Both the position numbers and the translations under genes were made by a program. The notes under the pieces were generated by a model, which was not told the origin of the DNA, searched no databases, and saw nothing but the letters and a program-made list of their open reading frames with translations. Shown piece after piece: positions 1 through 9,823 of a stretch of 64,000 nucleotides of DNA; positions within the stretch are counted from its first letter, which is position 1; each line of letters begins with the position of its first letter. Origin of the DNA: Candidatus Omnitrophota bacterium (GTDB taxonomy: Bacteria > Omnitrophota > Omnitrophia > Omnitrophales > Aquincolibacteriaceae); NCBI GenBank assembly GCA_016930235.1, contig JAFGHI010000015.1, positions 4,218 through 68,217 on the forward strand, given 5' to 3'.

Positions 1-765
1 CCCTTTCATCCTCTCCATAAGTCCGTAATCAATGGAGATGTTCTCGAGTTTCGCGTAAAACTGGTGCATGCCCTTTTTGACATTGCCCGCGGTAATCTTT
101 TGAATGAGTCTCGCTATTCCTAAAAGATAACGGTCAGCCGCCATTAAGAGCTCATCCGCCCGCCAAAAAAACATCCCGCTATTCCACAAATATCTTTTAG
201 ACCTCAAAAACAATTTTGCTTTCTTCAAGGAGGGTTTTTCATGAAAACGTTTCAATCGATAATAAGCACATCCCCCGTATTGGCCGGCTAAACGATCCAT
301 CTCCAAATATCCGTAACCCGTGTGGGGAAATGTTGGGCGAATACCCAAAGTCACGGGCAAATGGGTTTTTTGCGCAATTCCATAAGCGGCTTTGACCGCC
401 CTTTCAAAAACACCCTCCTTGCTAATACAGTGATCTGATGGAAGAATCGCTAAAACAGCTTCCGGATCTTTCTTCAAGATCACAGAGGCAGCCAAAGCAC
501 TGCAAGGCGCCGTATTCCTGCCGATGGGTTCACCTATCACATGGGCTGATGGCAATCTCAAAAGTTTCTTCACGCAAGAAACCTGATCTTCTTGAGTCAC
601 AACAAGAATTCGAGAATTCGGGATGATTCCTTTGAGCCGACGGACAGTCTGTTCAAGTAGAGTTTTTTTACCGAAGATTTGAAGAAATTGTTTTGGCTTT
701 TTTTCTCGGCTCTCAGGCCAGAAACGGGTTCCTGACCCCCCTGCCATAATAACCGCCCAAAGCAT
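1..765 (-). CDS. Mannose-1-phosphate guanylyltransferase (GDP-mannose pyrophosphorylase), N-terminal ~255 aa. The 3' end lies beyond the left window edge.
   Basis: Own minus-strand translation from the ATG at 765 gives MLWAVIMAGGSGTRFWPESREKKPKQFLQIF..., the classic nucleotidyl-transferase G-rich loop of ManC/CpsB. The frame stays open to position 1. It is not in the ORF track because it is edge-truncated. Its ATG overlaps the TAA stop of the upstream phosphohexomutase (TAATG). Confidence 0.7.
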   Translation of the reverse strand, partial: MLWAVIMAGGSGTRFWPESREKKPKQFLQIFGKKTLLEQTVRRLKGIIPNSRILVVTQEDQVSCVKKLLRLPSAHVIGEPIGRNTAPCSALAASVILKKDPEAVLAILPSDHCISKEGVFERAVKAAYGIAQKTHLPVTLGIRPTFPHTGYGYLEMDRLAGQYGGCAYYRLKRFHEKPSLKKAKLFLRSKRYLWNSGMFFWRADELLMAADRYLLGIARLIQKITAGNVKKGMHQFYAKLENISIDYGLMERMKG

Positions 766-2135
766 TAGAGTGTGCGCCTCAGAGTTTGGATTTGTTCTTC
801 CACGATGTCGCGAATCTCATCCAGCCGTTTCTGACTTGTTGCCTCAAACCGCATCACCAAAGCAGGTTGCGTATTGGAAGCCCGGACAAGTCCCCATCCA
901 TCCTCAAATTCAACCCTTGCCCCGTCAATATCGACGACTTTATATTTTTCCTTGAATGCCCTAATCGCCTCTTCGATTAATTTGAATTTGATCTCATCAG
1001 GACAATCGACGCGAATTTCAGGGGTTGAAACCGTAGGGGGCAAATCCGAAAGGAGCCCGGATAAAGGCTCTTTGTGGTCATCGACGATTTCAAGCATCCG
1101 GCATGCTGCATAAATGGCGTCATCAAAACCCAGCCACCGGTCAACGAAAAACATATGCCCGCTCATTTCTCCTGCCAATTCAGCTTTCGTTTCTTTGATT
1201 TTAGCCTTAATCAGGGAATGCCCTGTTTTCCACATAATAGGATGCCCGTTTCTCTTAGCGATATCATCATAAAGAACCTTGGAACATTTCACATCGCCAA
1301 TAATCGTTGCTCCGGGTTTTCGTTTCAAAATGGCCCGAGCATACAACAGAAGAACGCGATCCCCCATGATAATTCCACCTTTTTCATCAATCACGCCTAT
1401 ACGGTCAGCATCTCCGTCAAAAGCAACTCCAATGTCCGCTTTCTCAGCTTTGACTCTTGCCTGGATATCTTTGAGATTTTCCATAACAGTCGGATCGGGA
1501 TGATGATCCGGGAAACGGGAATCCAGGTTCGAATAAAGCTCAATCACTTCATGCCCCATTCGACGGATCAAATCCGGCGCCACAATTCCGCCCATTCCAT
1601 GACCGGAATCAACCACCACTTTGAGTTTCTTCTTAAATTTAAATTTTTCGATAACAAACCGCTTGTAATCTTCAATGATTTCTCTTTTCTCAACTCTGCC
1701 TTTGCCGGACACAAAGTTTTCACTGTCGATAATTTCTTTGAGTCGCTGGATCTCTTCACCAAAAAAAGGCCTGTCCGAGAGATGGAATTTTATCCCGTTA
1801 TATTCAGGTGGGTTATGAGATCCTGTTATCGAGATACCTCCATCGAGTTTGAAAAAAGACACTGAGAAATAAAGCAAGGGGGTCGGAATAAGTCCTAAAT
1901 CAATAACATGAAGACCGCCTTCTTGAAGGCCTTTTACGAGGCCTTTTAATATCCTCTCCGAACTCGACCTCATATCATGGCCGACAGAAACCTTTTTTTT
2001 GCCTTCTTTGACAAGAACAGTCGCGAAAGCTCGAGCGATCCGGTAGACAACATCGTCATTTAATTCAATCGCTGATTGGTCAGGAAGATCCGCTAAGCCG
2101 CGGATATCGTATTCTCGAAAAATATTATCTGGTAT
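765..2135 (-). CDS. Phosphomannomutase/phosphoglucomutase (alpha-D-phosphohexomutase family)
   Basis: ORF 765..2267. Active-site serine loop TGSHNPPEYNGIK and N-terminal IFREYDIRG. The start was moved to MIPDNIF (2135) because the longer N-terminus overlaps tRNA-Leu. Confidence 0.85.
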   Translation of the reverse strand: MPDNIFREYDIRGLADLPDQSAIELNDDVVYRIARAFATVLVKEGKKKVSVGHDMRSSSERILKGLVKGLQEGGLHVIDLGLIPTPLLYFSVSFFKLDGGISITGSHNPPEYNGIKFHLSDRPFFGEEIQRLKEIIDSENFVSGKGRVEKREIIEDYKRFVIEKFKFKKKLKVVVDSGHGMGGIVAPDLIRRMGHEVIELYSNLDSRFPDHHPDPTVMENLKDIQARVKAEKADIGVAFDGDADRIGVIDEKGGIIMGDRVLLLYARAILKRKPGATIIGDVKCSKVLYDDIAKRNGHPIMWKTGHSLIKAKIKETKAELAGEMSGHMFFVDRWLGFDDAIYAACRMLEIVDDHKEPLSGLLSDLPPTVSTPEIRVDCPDEIKFKLIEEAIRAFKEKYKVVDIDGARVEFEDGWGLVRASNTQPALVMRFEATSQKRLDEIRDIVEEQIQTLRRTL

Positions 2136-2214
2136 CATAAAAATAGTAGCGCACAGCAAAGAGATACCGTCGCCTAGCTGATCGCTACTCCCTTGTTTTG
2201 AATGTTCAGTTCTA

Positions 2215-2299
2215 TGGTGCGAGCGAGAGGACTCGAACCTCCATGGCTTGCGCCGCCAGCCCCTCAAGCTGGTGTGTCTGCCAATTCCACCACGCTCGC
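2215..2299 (-). tRNA. tRNA-Leu (anticodon GAG), class II with long variable arm, CCA encoded
   Basis: Reverse complement reads GCGAGCGTGGTGGAATTGGCAGACACACCAGCTTGAGGGGCTGGCGGCGCAAGCCATGGAGGTTCGAGTCCTCTCGCTCGCACCA. 7-bp acceptor GCGAGCG/CGCTCGC, anticodon loop TTGAGGG, T-loop GGTTCGAGTCC. Confidence 0.85.
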
Positions 2300-2312
2300 A
2301 AAAAGGTTAACG

Positions 2313-2660
2313 TTACTGAAGATTCGCCTTCTTCTTGCGTTCCTTTTTAAGAGAAGTTTCGACACGCCGAAGTTTATCCGCATGCCTTTTTGTCTCACCA
2401 ACCAGACGCTTGATCTTAGCATCTTTCAGCGAAACGTCACTGCTCTTCTCAGAAGCCTTATCGTAGACATAATGGCCGATTTCCGCAAACTTTTGGCTCA
2501 GTTTATGTTCTAACGTCGCTTTTTCGATAAATAGGCGCGTCACTTGTGCAGCTTCACCCGCCTTTTCCGAAAAAACTTTCGCGGATTGCTTAGCAATTTC
2601 AAAAGCCTGATTAATGGCCTTTTCTGTCTTCTCATAAAGCAATTTTCGGTCCACGGTCAT
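2313..2660 (-). CDS. Hypothetical small alpha-helical/coiled-coil protein (phasin-like composition)
   Basis: 115-aa ORF rich in K/E/A, no recognisable catalytic motif. Intact ORF between two tRNAs. Confidence 0.45.
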   Translation of the reverse strand: MTVDRKLLYEKTEKAINQAFEIAKQSAKVFSEKAGEAAQVTRLFIEKATLEHKLSQKFAEIGHYVYDKASEKSSDVSLKDAKIKRLVGETKRHADKLRRVETSLKKERKKKANLQ

Positions 2661-2805
2661 TCCCTCCGTTGTTGATTAAACTATGATTATACCTCTTAAT
2701 CCCTATTAACGAACAGCCTTGCCCTTCACTACTAAAATACTTGGACATCCGCCTTTCGACTCCGCTCAGTCTTGTCCCCAGTGCTAAGCGTCTTTTGTCG
2801 AAGCG

Positions 2806-2876
2806 CTGGGGGACCTGGATTCGAACCAAGACTAAGTGGTCCAGAGCCACTTGTGCTACCATTACACTATCCCCCA
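2806..2876 (-). tRNA. tRNA-Gln (anticodon CUG), CCA not encoded
   Basis: Reverse complement TGGGGGATAGTGTAATGGTAGCACAAGTGGCTCTGGACCACTTAGTCTTGGTTCGAATCCAGGTCCCCCAG. U1:A72 pair and G73 discriminator as in bacterial tRNA-Gln. Anticodon stem AGTGG/CCACT with loop CTCTGGA. T-loop GGTTCGAATCC. Confidence 0.75.
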
Positions 2877-3119
2877 ATATAATTAGGCAACATACCGTTT
2901 TTAAAACTAACCTTTCGAATGGAATTACCCATCCTAGCGCTTTATCGCAAATGCCCTTTTGAATAGGTAACAACGCCATTACAAAAAGTTATTTAGCTCG
3001 CAAACGACTGGATCCTATGATGCCTGCGGGGGTTGCATTATAGCTGGTCTGGAAGGGGTTCTTCAAGATTTATCATTATAAGCGAGAAACGCAGATCTTA
3101 TAGGCCGGTGGTGCAGTTC

Positions 3120-3731
3120 TTATCTCTCATCCTGGGCAATGACGCCACCAATCCCTAACAGACTTCTTACCTTGTCAATAAGGATATCACTAAGAAAAGG
3201 TTTGCCCATACAATCTGAGACACCTGCCGCTAAAATATCCTCGCGTTTTCCTTTATTGGCAAGTGATGTTATAGCGAGAACAGGGATATCCCTTGTCTGT
3301 GGATTTTCCCTGATTTTTCTGCACACCTCAAACCCGTTCATCCCCGGAATCACAAAATCAAGCATAATGAGATCCGGATGCCACCCTTCCCCTAAGAGAG
3401 TTGCATGATAACCGTTTTCTTCCGTCCGGACTTCAACTCCGAGCTCACCTTTTAATAAATCACGCATAATTTCAAGCAAATCCTTTTCATCTTCGACCAC
3501 CAGGACCCTAAAATGGCCTGGGATGAGATCCCATGAAACGGATCGATCCTCTAAGTGTTTTTTTAAAAAATTCTCTACCATCGGCCTCGAGAAACGCCGG
3601 TGACCGCCTAAGACCTCAAAAGAAGCTATCTTCCCCTCCTTTAACCACTGAAAAACATCTTCCTGCGTAACTTGGCACATCTGGGCAAGATCATAAGGTG
3701 AATAAATACTCTTTTTTAAAAAAGGTTCCAT
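3120..3731 (-). CDS. Response regulator with N-terminal excisionase/MerR-type HTH and C-terminal receiver (REC) domain
   Basis: N-terminus YDLAQMCQVTQEDVFQWLKEGKIASF...GGHRRF (HTH_17-like). The C-terminal half has REC signatures VLVVEDE...IMLDFVIPGMNGFEV...IPVLAITS. Confidence 0.8.
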   Translation of the reverse strand: MEPFLKKSIYSPYDLAQMCQVTQEDVFQWLKEGKIASFEVLGGHRRFSRPMVENFLKKHLEDRSVSWDLIPGHFRVLVVEDEKDLLEIMRDLLKGELGVEVRTEENGYHATLLGEGWHPDLIMLDFVIPGMNGFEVCRKIRENPQTRDIPVLAITSLANKGKREDILAAGVSDCMGKPFLSDILIDKVRSLLGIGGVIAQDER

Positions 3732-3738
3732 TGATTTC

Positions 3739-4080
3739 CTATCCTGGCGGCCAAAGCATCGGCCGTCCGCTTAGAAGATGACAGTGAATGTGAAAAACCG
3801 ATTGGCCCGCCTCCTCGCCATTATTCAAAACAAGCCGGTAGTGTTTCCAACCTTTCTTCTGAGCGATGTTCTTTGCTCCTATCAAAACTTGACCGATAAG
3901 GTCCCTGTCCGTTTCTTTCAAATCAGAAACCGAGGCCACATGTTTTTTAGGTATGACTAATAGGTGCGCGGGAGCTTGCGGATGAATATCGCGAATGGCG
4001 ATCAAATCATCATCTTCATGCTCAATTTTACAAGGCATCTTCTTTTCAATCATCTTACAGAAGATACAATCAGACACCAT
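3739..4080 (-). CDS. HIT-family (histidine triad) nucleotide hydrolase
   Basis: 113 aa with C-terminal histidine triad HIHCHLL and N-terminal CIFCKMI zinc-binding motif. Confidence 0.85.
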   Translation of the reverse strand: MVSDCIFCKMIEKKMPCKIEHEDDDLIAIRDIHPQAPAHLLVIPKKHVASVSDLKETDRDLIGQVLIGAKNIAQKKGWKHYRLVLNNGEEAGQSVFHIHCHLLSGRPMLWPPG

Positions 4081-4146
4081 GCCCCCTTTGGGTTTTCTCT
4101 TATCCGAAACCTCGAACCCTAACAGCTATATTCTTATCTCTATGAC

Positions 4147-5451
4147 TTAAGTATCGGACATTTTGAGGAATTTTTTCACTCGTTCGAGACAAATTTCTTT
4201 CCCCAAAAGACTCATCAGTTGAAAAAGACCTGGGCTCCCCGTCCTTCCTGTCATCATGAATCGCAAAGGATGGATAATCTCTTTTGCTTCGAATCCGCAC
4301 TGGTCAGCCCATTGGCGCGTTAAACGTTCAATCTCCTTATCATTTTCGAAATCAGCCCCTCGCGAAACATTCTCTGCCCAACCCTGCAGACATTGGATCA
4401 ATGGCTGATTGCTTAAGATCTCGGCCTTCAATCCTGCCTCATATTCTCCAACGTCACGAAAGCAATAATTCGCTTGTTCTATAAACTCACCCAGGAATCT
4501 TATCCTAGGCCGATAAAGCATGACGAGTTTCTCCCATCGTCCTTTGGGATACTTTTTGGATTCTTCCGGATAAAACGAAGTCATCAGGCTTACATAATCT
4601 TGGTCCGAAAGGTGTTTCATATGCTGGGCATTCACCCAGTCTAGCTTCTCTTCATCAAAGCGGGCGTTACTTTTATGTATTCTCTTGATGGAAAACTTCC
4701 CGACCAGCTCTTTTAATGTAAAAATTTCATGATCCCCGGGAGTACTCCAACCAAGCAAGACCAGATAATTCAATAACCCTTCGGCAAGATATCCTCTCGA
4801 GCGAAATTCCGATAAGGCCGTTGCACCATGCCGCTTCGACAGTGGCGTACCATCAGTCCCCAGGATCAAAGGTAAATGAACATACTTAGGGGGCTTCCAC
4901 TCCATAGCCGCATAGAGCAGAAGTTGCTTGGGCGTATTGGTTAAATGGTCTTCCCCCCGAATCACATGGGAAATTTCCATCTCATGATCATCGACAATGC
5001 AAGCCCAATGATAGGTTGGATTCCCATCAGACTTGATCAGGACAATATCATCAAAGAGTTTTGTATCCACACGAATTTCACCGTGAACAAGATCATGAAA
5101 CACTGATTCCTGAACCGGGATCTTGAATTTAATGGCTTCTTGACCATCTCGGGATTCCCGATAAGCAAGGCCGCGATTCACAAGTGACTCGGCCAGTTCA
5201 CGATAATGAGCCACTCTCTGACTTTGCCTGACAAGATCCCCGTCCCATTCAAGCCCAAGCCATTTCATGGATGCGAGGATATCCTCTTCAAATCTTTTTT
5301 CGGAACGTTCGCGGTCCGTATCTTCAATCCTCATTAAAAAATGCCCCTTTTGATTGCGTGCGTACAGATAATTAAAAAGTGCCGTCCGGACACCCCCGAT
5401 ATGGAGATAACCCGTCGGAGAAGGGGCAAATCGGACACGAATACTATTCAT
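4147..5451 (-). CDS. gltX: Glutamate--tRNA ligase
   Basis: Class I signature PSPTGYLHIGGVRTALFN (HIGH) and KMSKS-like LSKRHG. 434 aa. Confidence 0.9.
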   Translation of the reverse strand: MNSIRVRFAPSPTGYLHIGGVRTALFNYLYARNQKGHFLMRIEDTDRERSEKRFEEDILASMKWLGLEWDGDLVRQSQRVAHYRELAESLVNRGLAYRESRDGQEAIKFKIPVQESVFHDLVHGEIRVDTKLFDDIVLIKSDGNPTYHWACIVDDHEMEISHVIRGEDHLTNTPKQLLLYAAMEWKPPKYVHLPLILGTDGTPLSKRHGATALSEFRSRGYLAEGLLNYLVLLGWSTPGDHEIFTLKELVGKFSIKRIHKSNARFDEEKLDWVNAQHMKHLSDQDYVSLMTSFYPEESKKYPKGRWEKLVMLYRPRIRFLGEFIEQANYCFRDVGEYEAGLKAEILSNQPLIQCLQGWAENVSRGADFENDKEIERLTRQWADQCGFEAKEIIHPLRFMMTGRTGSPGLFQLMSLLGKEICLERVKKFLKMSDT

Positions 5452-5507
5452 GGGACCTAATGTGATGGGATAACCCTGATCGATCAGTCCCCCTATAAGA
5501 AAAAGGA

Positions 5508-5876
5508 CTATTCAGGTGATTTTTTTGATTCAATTGACCGCACAAGACTTTTGACACGTTCCAACTCGAGAGGCTTTCTCAAACAAGCAATGGCTCCTAA
5601 CCCAAGGACTTCGCGTTCTTTGTTGGGCGGCATATATCCAGACATAATCGCTACAGGTGTGTTTCGAATGGCCTTGATTCTTTCAAAAACCTCCCGGCCT
5701 TCCATCTTGGGCATCAAAACATCCAAAAAAATGAGGTCATAGGCCTTCTCTTTGATTTTTTCAAGAGCTTCTTCGCCTCCAAGCGCAATATCAACCTCAT
5801 GATTTTCCTCGATCAAAATATCGCGGAACTCTTCGCAGATAAGCTTTTCATCATCGACAATCAATATCGTGGCCAT
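5508..5876 (-). CDS. Single-domain response regulator (CheY-like receiver)
   Basis: ILIVDDE...DLIFLDVLMPKMEG...PVAIMSGY. Start chosen at MATILIV. Confidence 0.8.
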   Translation of the reverse strand: MATILIVDDEKLICEEFRDILIEENHEVDIALGGEEALEKIKEKAYDLIFLDVLMPKMEGREVFERIKAIRNTPVAIMSGYMPPNKEREVLGLGAIACLRKPLELERVKSLVRSIESKKSPE

Positions 5877-5911
5877 TCTTGGGGTCTCCTTACACAAGCT
5901 TTCTTGAGAAA

Positions 5912-6745
5912 TTACGATGGAAATTTAAAATTTTCCCTGAGCGTCGCAAAATAGCTCCGTTTCGAACTTTTAACCAATCTCAACGGAGTACTTGAACGCG
6001 TAATTTCGATACTATAGCTATCGTCGATTTCAAGATTTTCTTGACCATCCGCCGTCAAAAGCCCCCTTGCGGTATCCTGTCCTCCCTGAATCCGAATCGA
6101 TATCCTTTCGCTTCCTCCGACCACGATGGTCCTTAAAGCTGATGCATGAGGGCAAATGGGTGTAATGATAATGGCATCCAGCTTCGGATGAACAATCGCG
6201 CCACCCGCAGAAAGCGAATAAGCAGTCGAACCCGTTGGGGTCGCCACAATGACCCCATCACCAGAATAAGTGGTTAAATTCTCCCTCCCGACACGAACCT
6301 CCACTTTCAACATTCTTGAAAGACCTTCCCGACTTACGACCATATCATTTAAGGCAACTAACCGCCTTTCCTGACGAGTCTTCTCATTACGTGCCGAACA
6401 AGCCAGCATCAAACGTTCCTCAACTTCAAATTTGCCTAGAAAACAAGCATTGAGCTCCTCAAAGATTTCACTTTCTTTAACTTCTGTCAAAAAACCTAAA
6501 GCGCCCAAATTCACCCCTAGCACCGGAATAGGTTTCTGTTTGAGATGGCGCGCGACTGAAAGAAGAGTCCCATCACCCCCAAGACAAATCACCAAAGAAG
6601 CCTCTTGGAGAATTTCATCCATCGGATGCGTGGAGGAATCTTGTACAACAACGTCCCTCTTGGAAAGCCACTCCTGGAGTTTCGGCAATAATCTTTCAGC
6701 CTGGGGTTTACGCGCATTAACACAAATAGCCACTTTCTTGATCAT
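5912..6745 (-). CDS. nadK: NAD kinase
   Basis: GGDGTLL motif, 277 aa, typical NadK/PpnK layout. Confidence 0.9.
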   Translation of the reverse strand: MIKKVAICVNARKPQAERLLPKLQEWLSKRDVVVQDSSTHPMDEILQEASLVICLGGDGTLLSVARHLKQKPIPVLGVNLGALGFLTEVKESEIFEELNACFLGKFEVEERLMLACSARNEKTRQERRLVALNDMVVSREGLSRMLKVEVRVGRENLTTYSGDGVIVATPTGSTAYSLSAGGAIVHPKLDAIIITPICPHASALRTIVVGGSERISIRIQGGQDTARGLLTADGQENLEIDDSYSIEITRSSTPLRLVKSSKRSYFATLRENFKFPS

Positions 6746-6748
6746 TCT

Positions 6749-8668
6749 CTAAGACCTTTCGGGTAAAGAATACGAGTCTTTGATTTTTGTCATTTCCAAT
6801 ACACAATCAGCCACCTTCTGAGCCGATAGCCCAAAAGTATCAAAAATTTGCTCCCTTGAACCATGCTCGATAAATTGATCGGGCAAGGCAAAACGATGCA
6901 GGTTCACTCCTGTGAGATGATGACGCTCCAATAACTCCAGAACCCGCGCTCCAAATCCTCCGGCATAGACATGTTCTTCAATCGTAAAAAGCCACTTGCT
7001 TCTTTCAAGCGAACTAAATACCAAAGACGCATCCAAGGGCTTTGCAAACCGCATATTGACCACACGGGCATCCACCCCTTCCCTCTCTAATATTTCAGCG
7101 GCTTCAAGCGCAATAACCACCGTACTCCCCAAAACCAGGAGCGATACGTCACGACCCTCCCTGAGGACCTCCCCTTGCCCGATATCAAAGGGTGTCGATT
7201 TAGGCAACTTATCATAAATCTTGGGAATATTCGCACGGGGAAACCGAATAGCAAAAATATGGGGATAATGAACGGCTAATTTCATCATCTGGTTCATTTC
7301 CGTTTCGTCTTTGGGCGCCCCAATCACCGTATTCGGAATATGGGAAAGAAAACTAATATCAAAAACCCCATTATGGGTCGCTCCATCAGCTCCGACAATG
7401 CCCGCCCGATCAATCCCCAAAATAAGAGGTTTACGTTGTAAAGCCACATCATGGATCAAGGAATCATGGGACCGTTGAAGGAAGGAAGAATAAATCGCGC
7501 AAACGGGTTTCAAACCTCCCGCTGCTAAAGCGCCGGCAAATGTTACCGCATGTTGTTCAGCAATTCCGACATCAAAAAAGCGGTCAGGAAATTCCTTTTG
7601 GAAGGTATTGAGTCCTGTCCCTGACGGCATAGCCGCTGTAATCGCAACGATATCTTTTTTCTCTCTGGCAACCTTAACCAGGCTTTGGACAAAGGCTTCC
7701 GTATAGGAGATCCCTTCTTGTTTATATTTTTTGAGCTCTTTCGTCCCTTGGACTTTTTCACCCGTCTTCACATTAAAAGGACTTACCCCATGCAACCGTT
7801 CGGCATCTTTTTCAGCAAAGGCATACCCCTTCCCTTTTTGGGTAATCACGTGAAGGAGACAACACTCGTGAAGCGAGAGAATTTTCTTCAGCGTCTTAAT
7901 CATTCCGACGACATCATGCCCGTCAATCGGGCCAAAATAACGAAACCCAAGCTCTTCGAAGATGACCCCCGGAACAAAGATATGCTTCATCCCTTCCAAA
8001 CTTGTATTGGCAAACCGGCGCAAACGGGGAAACCGATCAAGCTGTTTTTCCACCTCTTGACGAACTTGGTTATAAATTGGATTTGTGATAACTTTATTAA
8101 GATACTTGCTGATGGCCCCGACATTTTTCGAAATCGACATTTCATTATCATTCAGGATCAGCAACATATCCTTTTTCATATGCCCCGCGTTATTCAGCGC
8201 TTCATAAGAAAGTCCCGCCGTTAACGCACCGTCTCCGGCAACCGCAACCACATGATTCTTTTTCTTCTTGATATCCCGCGTCACAGCCAATCCCAGGGCT
8301 TGAGAAATCGCGGTCCCTGCATGACCGACGATAAAAGGGTCATGTTCGCTTTCAAACGGAGAAGGAAAACCGCTAAGTCCCCCGGGCTGTCTTAACGTTA
8401 ACATTCGATCACGACGCCCCGTAATCATTTTATGCACATACGCCTGATGCCCTACATCCCAGCAAATCTTATCTTCGGGGGAATTTAAAACATAATGGAG
8501 AGCAATACAAAGCTCGACCGTCCCCAAACTTGCACCTAAATGTCCTCCGGTTTTGGAGACTGCTTTAATGAGGAAATGACGGTATTCCCTGGCAACTTCG
8601 GACAGTTTTGCCAAAGGAACTGCCTTCAAATCTTTCGGTGAATTGATTTTGTTAATCCACTTTAGCAT
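6749..8668 (-). CDS. dxs: 1-deoxy-D-xylulose-5-phosphate synthase
   Basis: 639 aa. N-terminal LKWINKINSPKDLK...GGHLGASLG and TPP-binding GDG...NDN motif. Transketolase-like C-terminal half. Confidence 0.95.
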   Translation of the reverse strand: MLKWINKINSPKDLKAVPLAKLSEVAREYRHFLIKAVSKTGGHLGASLGTVELCIALHYVLNSPEDKICWDVGHQAYVHKMITGRRDRMLTLRQPGGLSGFPSPFESEHDPFIVGHAGTAISQALGLAVTRDIKKKKNHVVAVAGDGALTAGLSYEALNNAGHMKKDMLLILNDNEMSISKNVGAISKYLNKVITNPIYNQVRQEVEKQLDRFPRLRRFANTSLEGMKHIFVPGVIFEELGFRYFGPIDGHDVVGMIKTLKKILSLHECCLLHVITQKGKGYAFAEKDAERLHGVSPFNVKTGEKVQGTKELKKYKQEGISYTEAFVQSLVKVAREKKDIVAITAAMPSGTGLNTFQKEFPDRFFDVGIAEQHAVTFAGALAAGGLKPVCAIYSSFLQRSHDSLIHDVALQRKPLILGIDRAGIVGADGATHNGVFDISFLSHIPNTVIGAPKDETEMNQMMKLAVHYPHIFAIRFPRANIPKIYDKLPKSTPFDIGQGEVLREGRDVSLLVLGSTVVIALEAAEILEREGVDARVVNMRFAKPLDASLVFSSLERSKWLFTIEEHVYAGGFGARVLELLERHHLTGVNLHRFALPDQFIEHGSREQIFDTFGLSAQKVADCVLEMTKIKDSYSLPERS

Positions 8669-9494
8669 GAACTTTCTTGGGCATCCTTTCCAACAAATAA
8701 TTGGCTAATGCAATCAGTTTGGCGCTTCGCTTACCAAGAACGCGAACTTCGCGCTTTGCTTGAGCGATAAGATCGCGGACTTTTTGGCGCACTTCCCGTA
8801 TTTTCATGAGTTGGAGATATCCATCACCGTCCAACATATCATCGATCGATTGAAAAGCGAGCCCCAAAAGTTCTCCATACTTAGCAATGTGTTGAAAACC
8901 CTTGGGTGAAGCACCGCCCATCACAGCACCCGCCACAGCGCTGACCTTGATCAATTTACCTGTCTTGTGAATATTGATGTAGTCCAACATAGGTAAACTG
9001 AGAGTTCGATCGGAAGATTCGATATCGGCAACCTGGCCTCCGATCATACCATAAGAGCCCGCAGCCGTCGATATCTCCCCGATCAACCGAACGGCTTTTT
9101 CAGCGGATGAAATTTGGGATAAAACATTAAACGCGAGGGTCAACAAACCATCCCCCGTTAAAACCGCGATGGATTCTCCGAACTTCTTATGTACAGTAGG
9201 GTTACCGCGTCTTACCGCATCATTATCAAGCGCCGGCAAATCATCATGCACCAGGGAATAAGCATGAATAAGTTCAATCCCGGCAGCGGCTAAACGGGCG
9301 TCTTCCGTCTTACCTCCAGCGGCCTCAGCTGCGGCCAATGTCAAAACCGGCCGAAATCTTTTGCCTCCATGCAGCACAGCATACCTCATCGCTTCATGAA
9401 TCACATTCGGGTATTGATTCCCCTGGGGGAGAATCTCATTGAGCGTTTTTTCGATCAGCTGGATGTAATTTTTAAAATAATTTTCATACTTCAA
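8652..9494 (-). CDS. ispA: Polyprenyl diphosphate synthase (farnesyl/geranyl diphosphate synthase)
   Basis: First and second aspartate-rich motifs LVHDDLPALDND and FQSIDDMLD. Sits between xseB and dxs as in many bacteria. Confidence 0.9.
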   Translation of the reverse strand: MKYENYFKNYIQLIEKTLNEILPQGNQYPNVIHEAMRYAVLHGGKRFRPVLTLAAAEAAGGKTEDARLAAAGIELIHAYSLVHDDLPALDNDAVRRGNPTVHKKFGESIAVLTGDGLLTLAFNVLSQISSAEKAVRLIGEISTAAGSYGMIGGQVADIESSDRTLSLPMLDYINIHKTGKLIKVSAVAGAVMGGASPKGFQHIAKYGELLGLAFQSIDDMLDGDGYLQLMKIREVRQKVRDLIAQAKREVRVLGKRSAKLIALANYLLERMPKKVHAKVD

Positions 9495-9823
9495 AGCAAC
9501 AAATCCTCGTCATCATTCAGGTTTGTTTTGGACGTTAAACTTGCCTTTTTTGATTTCTTCTTAGGAGCCGACGACGGGCCTGCTCTCTCCCCGTCCTCAT
9601 CATACTCAAAAGACTCTTTCGTTAAACTCCCATCCAAAGCGCGGTTCAATATCTCTATTTTCTTCTCAGCCTGACCTAATTTCTTCTGGCAAATCCCCGA
9701 CAACTGGACGCCTTCCTCATACTTTTTGAGGGCTTCCTCCAAAGATATTTCTCCCGCCTCGAGATCTTCCACAATTTTTTCTAATCTCTCCATCGCCTTC
9801 TCAAACTTGATTTCTTCAGCCAT
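9491..9823 (-). CDS. xseB: Exodeoxyribonuclease VII small subunit
   Basis: FEKAMERLEKIVEDLEAGEISLEEALKKYEEGVQL matches the XseB core. Start set at MAEEIKFE. Overlaps the xseA stop by 8 nt. Confidence 0.8.
   Translation of the reverse strand: MAEEIKFEKAMERLEKIVEDLEAGEISLEEALKKYEEGVQLSGICQKKLGQAEKKIEILNRALDGSLTKESFEYDEDGERAGPSSAPKKKSKKASLTSKTNLNDDEDLLL

Noticed and set aside
1074-1865. 263-aa plus-strand ORF
   Set aside because: Antisense to the phosphohexomutase gene, whose active-site motifs are clear. No features.
2136-2267. N-terminal 44-aa extension of the phosphohexomutase ORF. Similar long N-terminal extensions appear in the ORF track for glyS, the TonB receptor, the SBP, the second giant protein, cbiM and ppdK.
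   Set aside because: The extensions overlap a tRNA or the upstream gene and lack RBS. Internal Met codons with RBS, signal peptides or conserved N-termini give better starts.
7685-8224. 179-aa plus-strand ORF
   Set aside because: Antisense within dxs.
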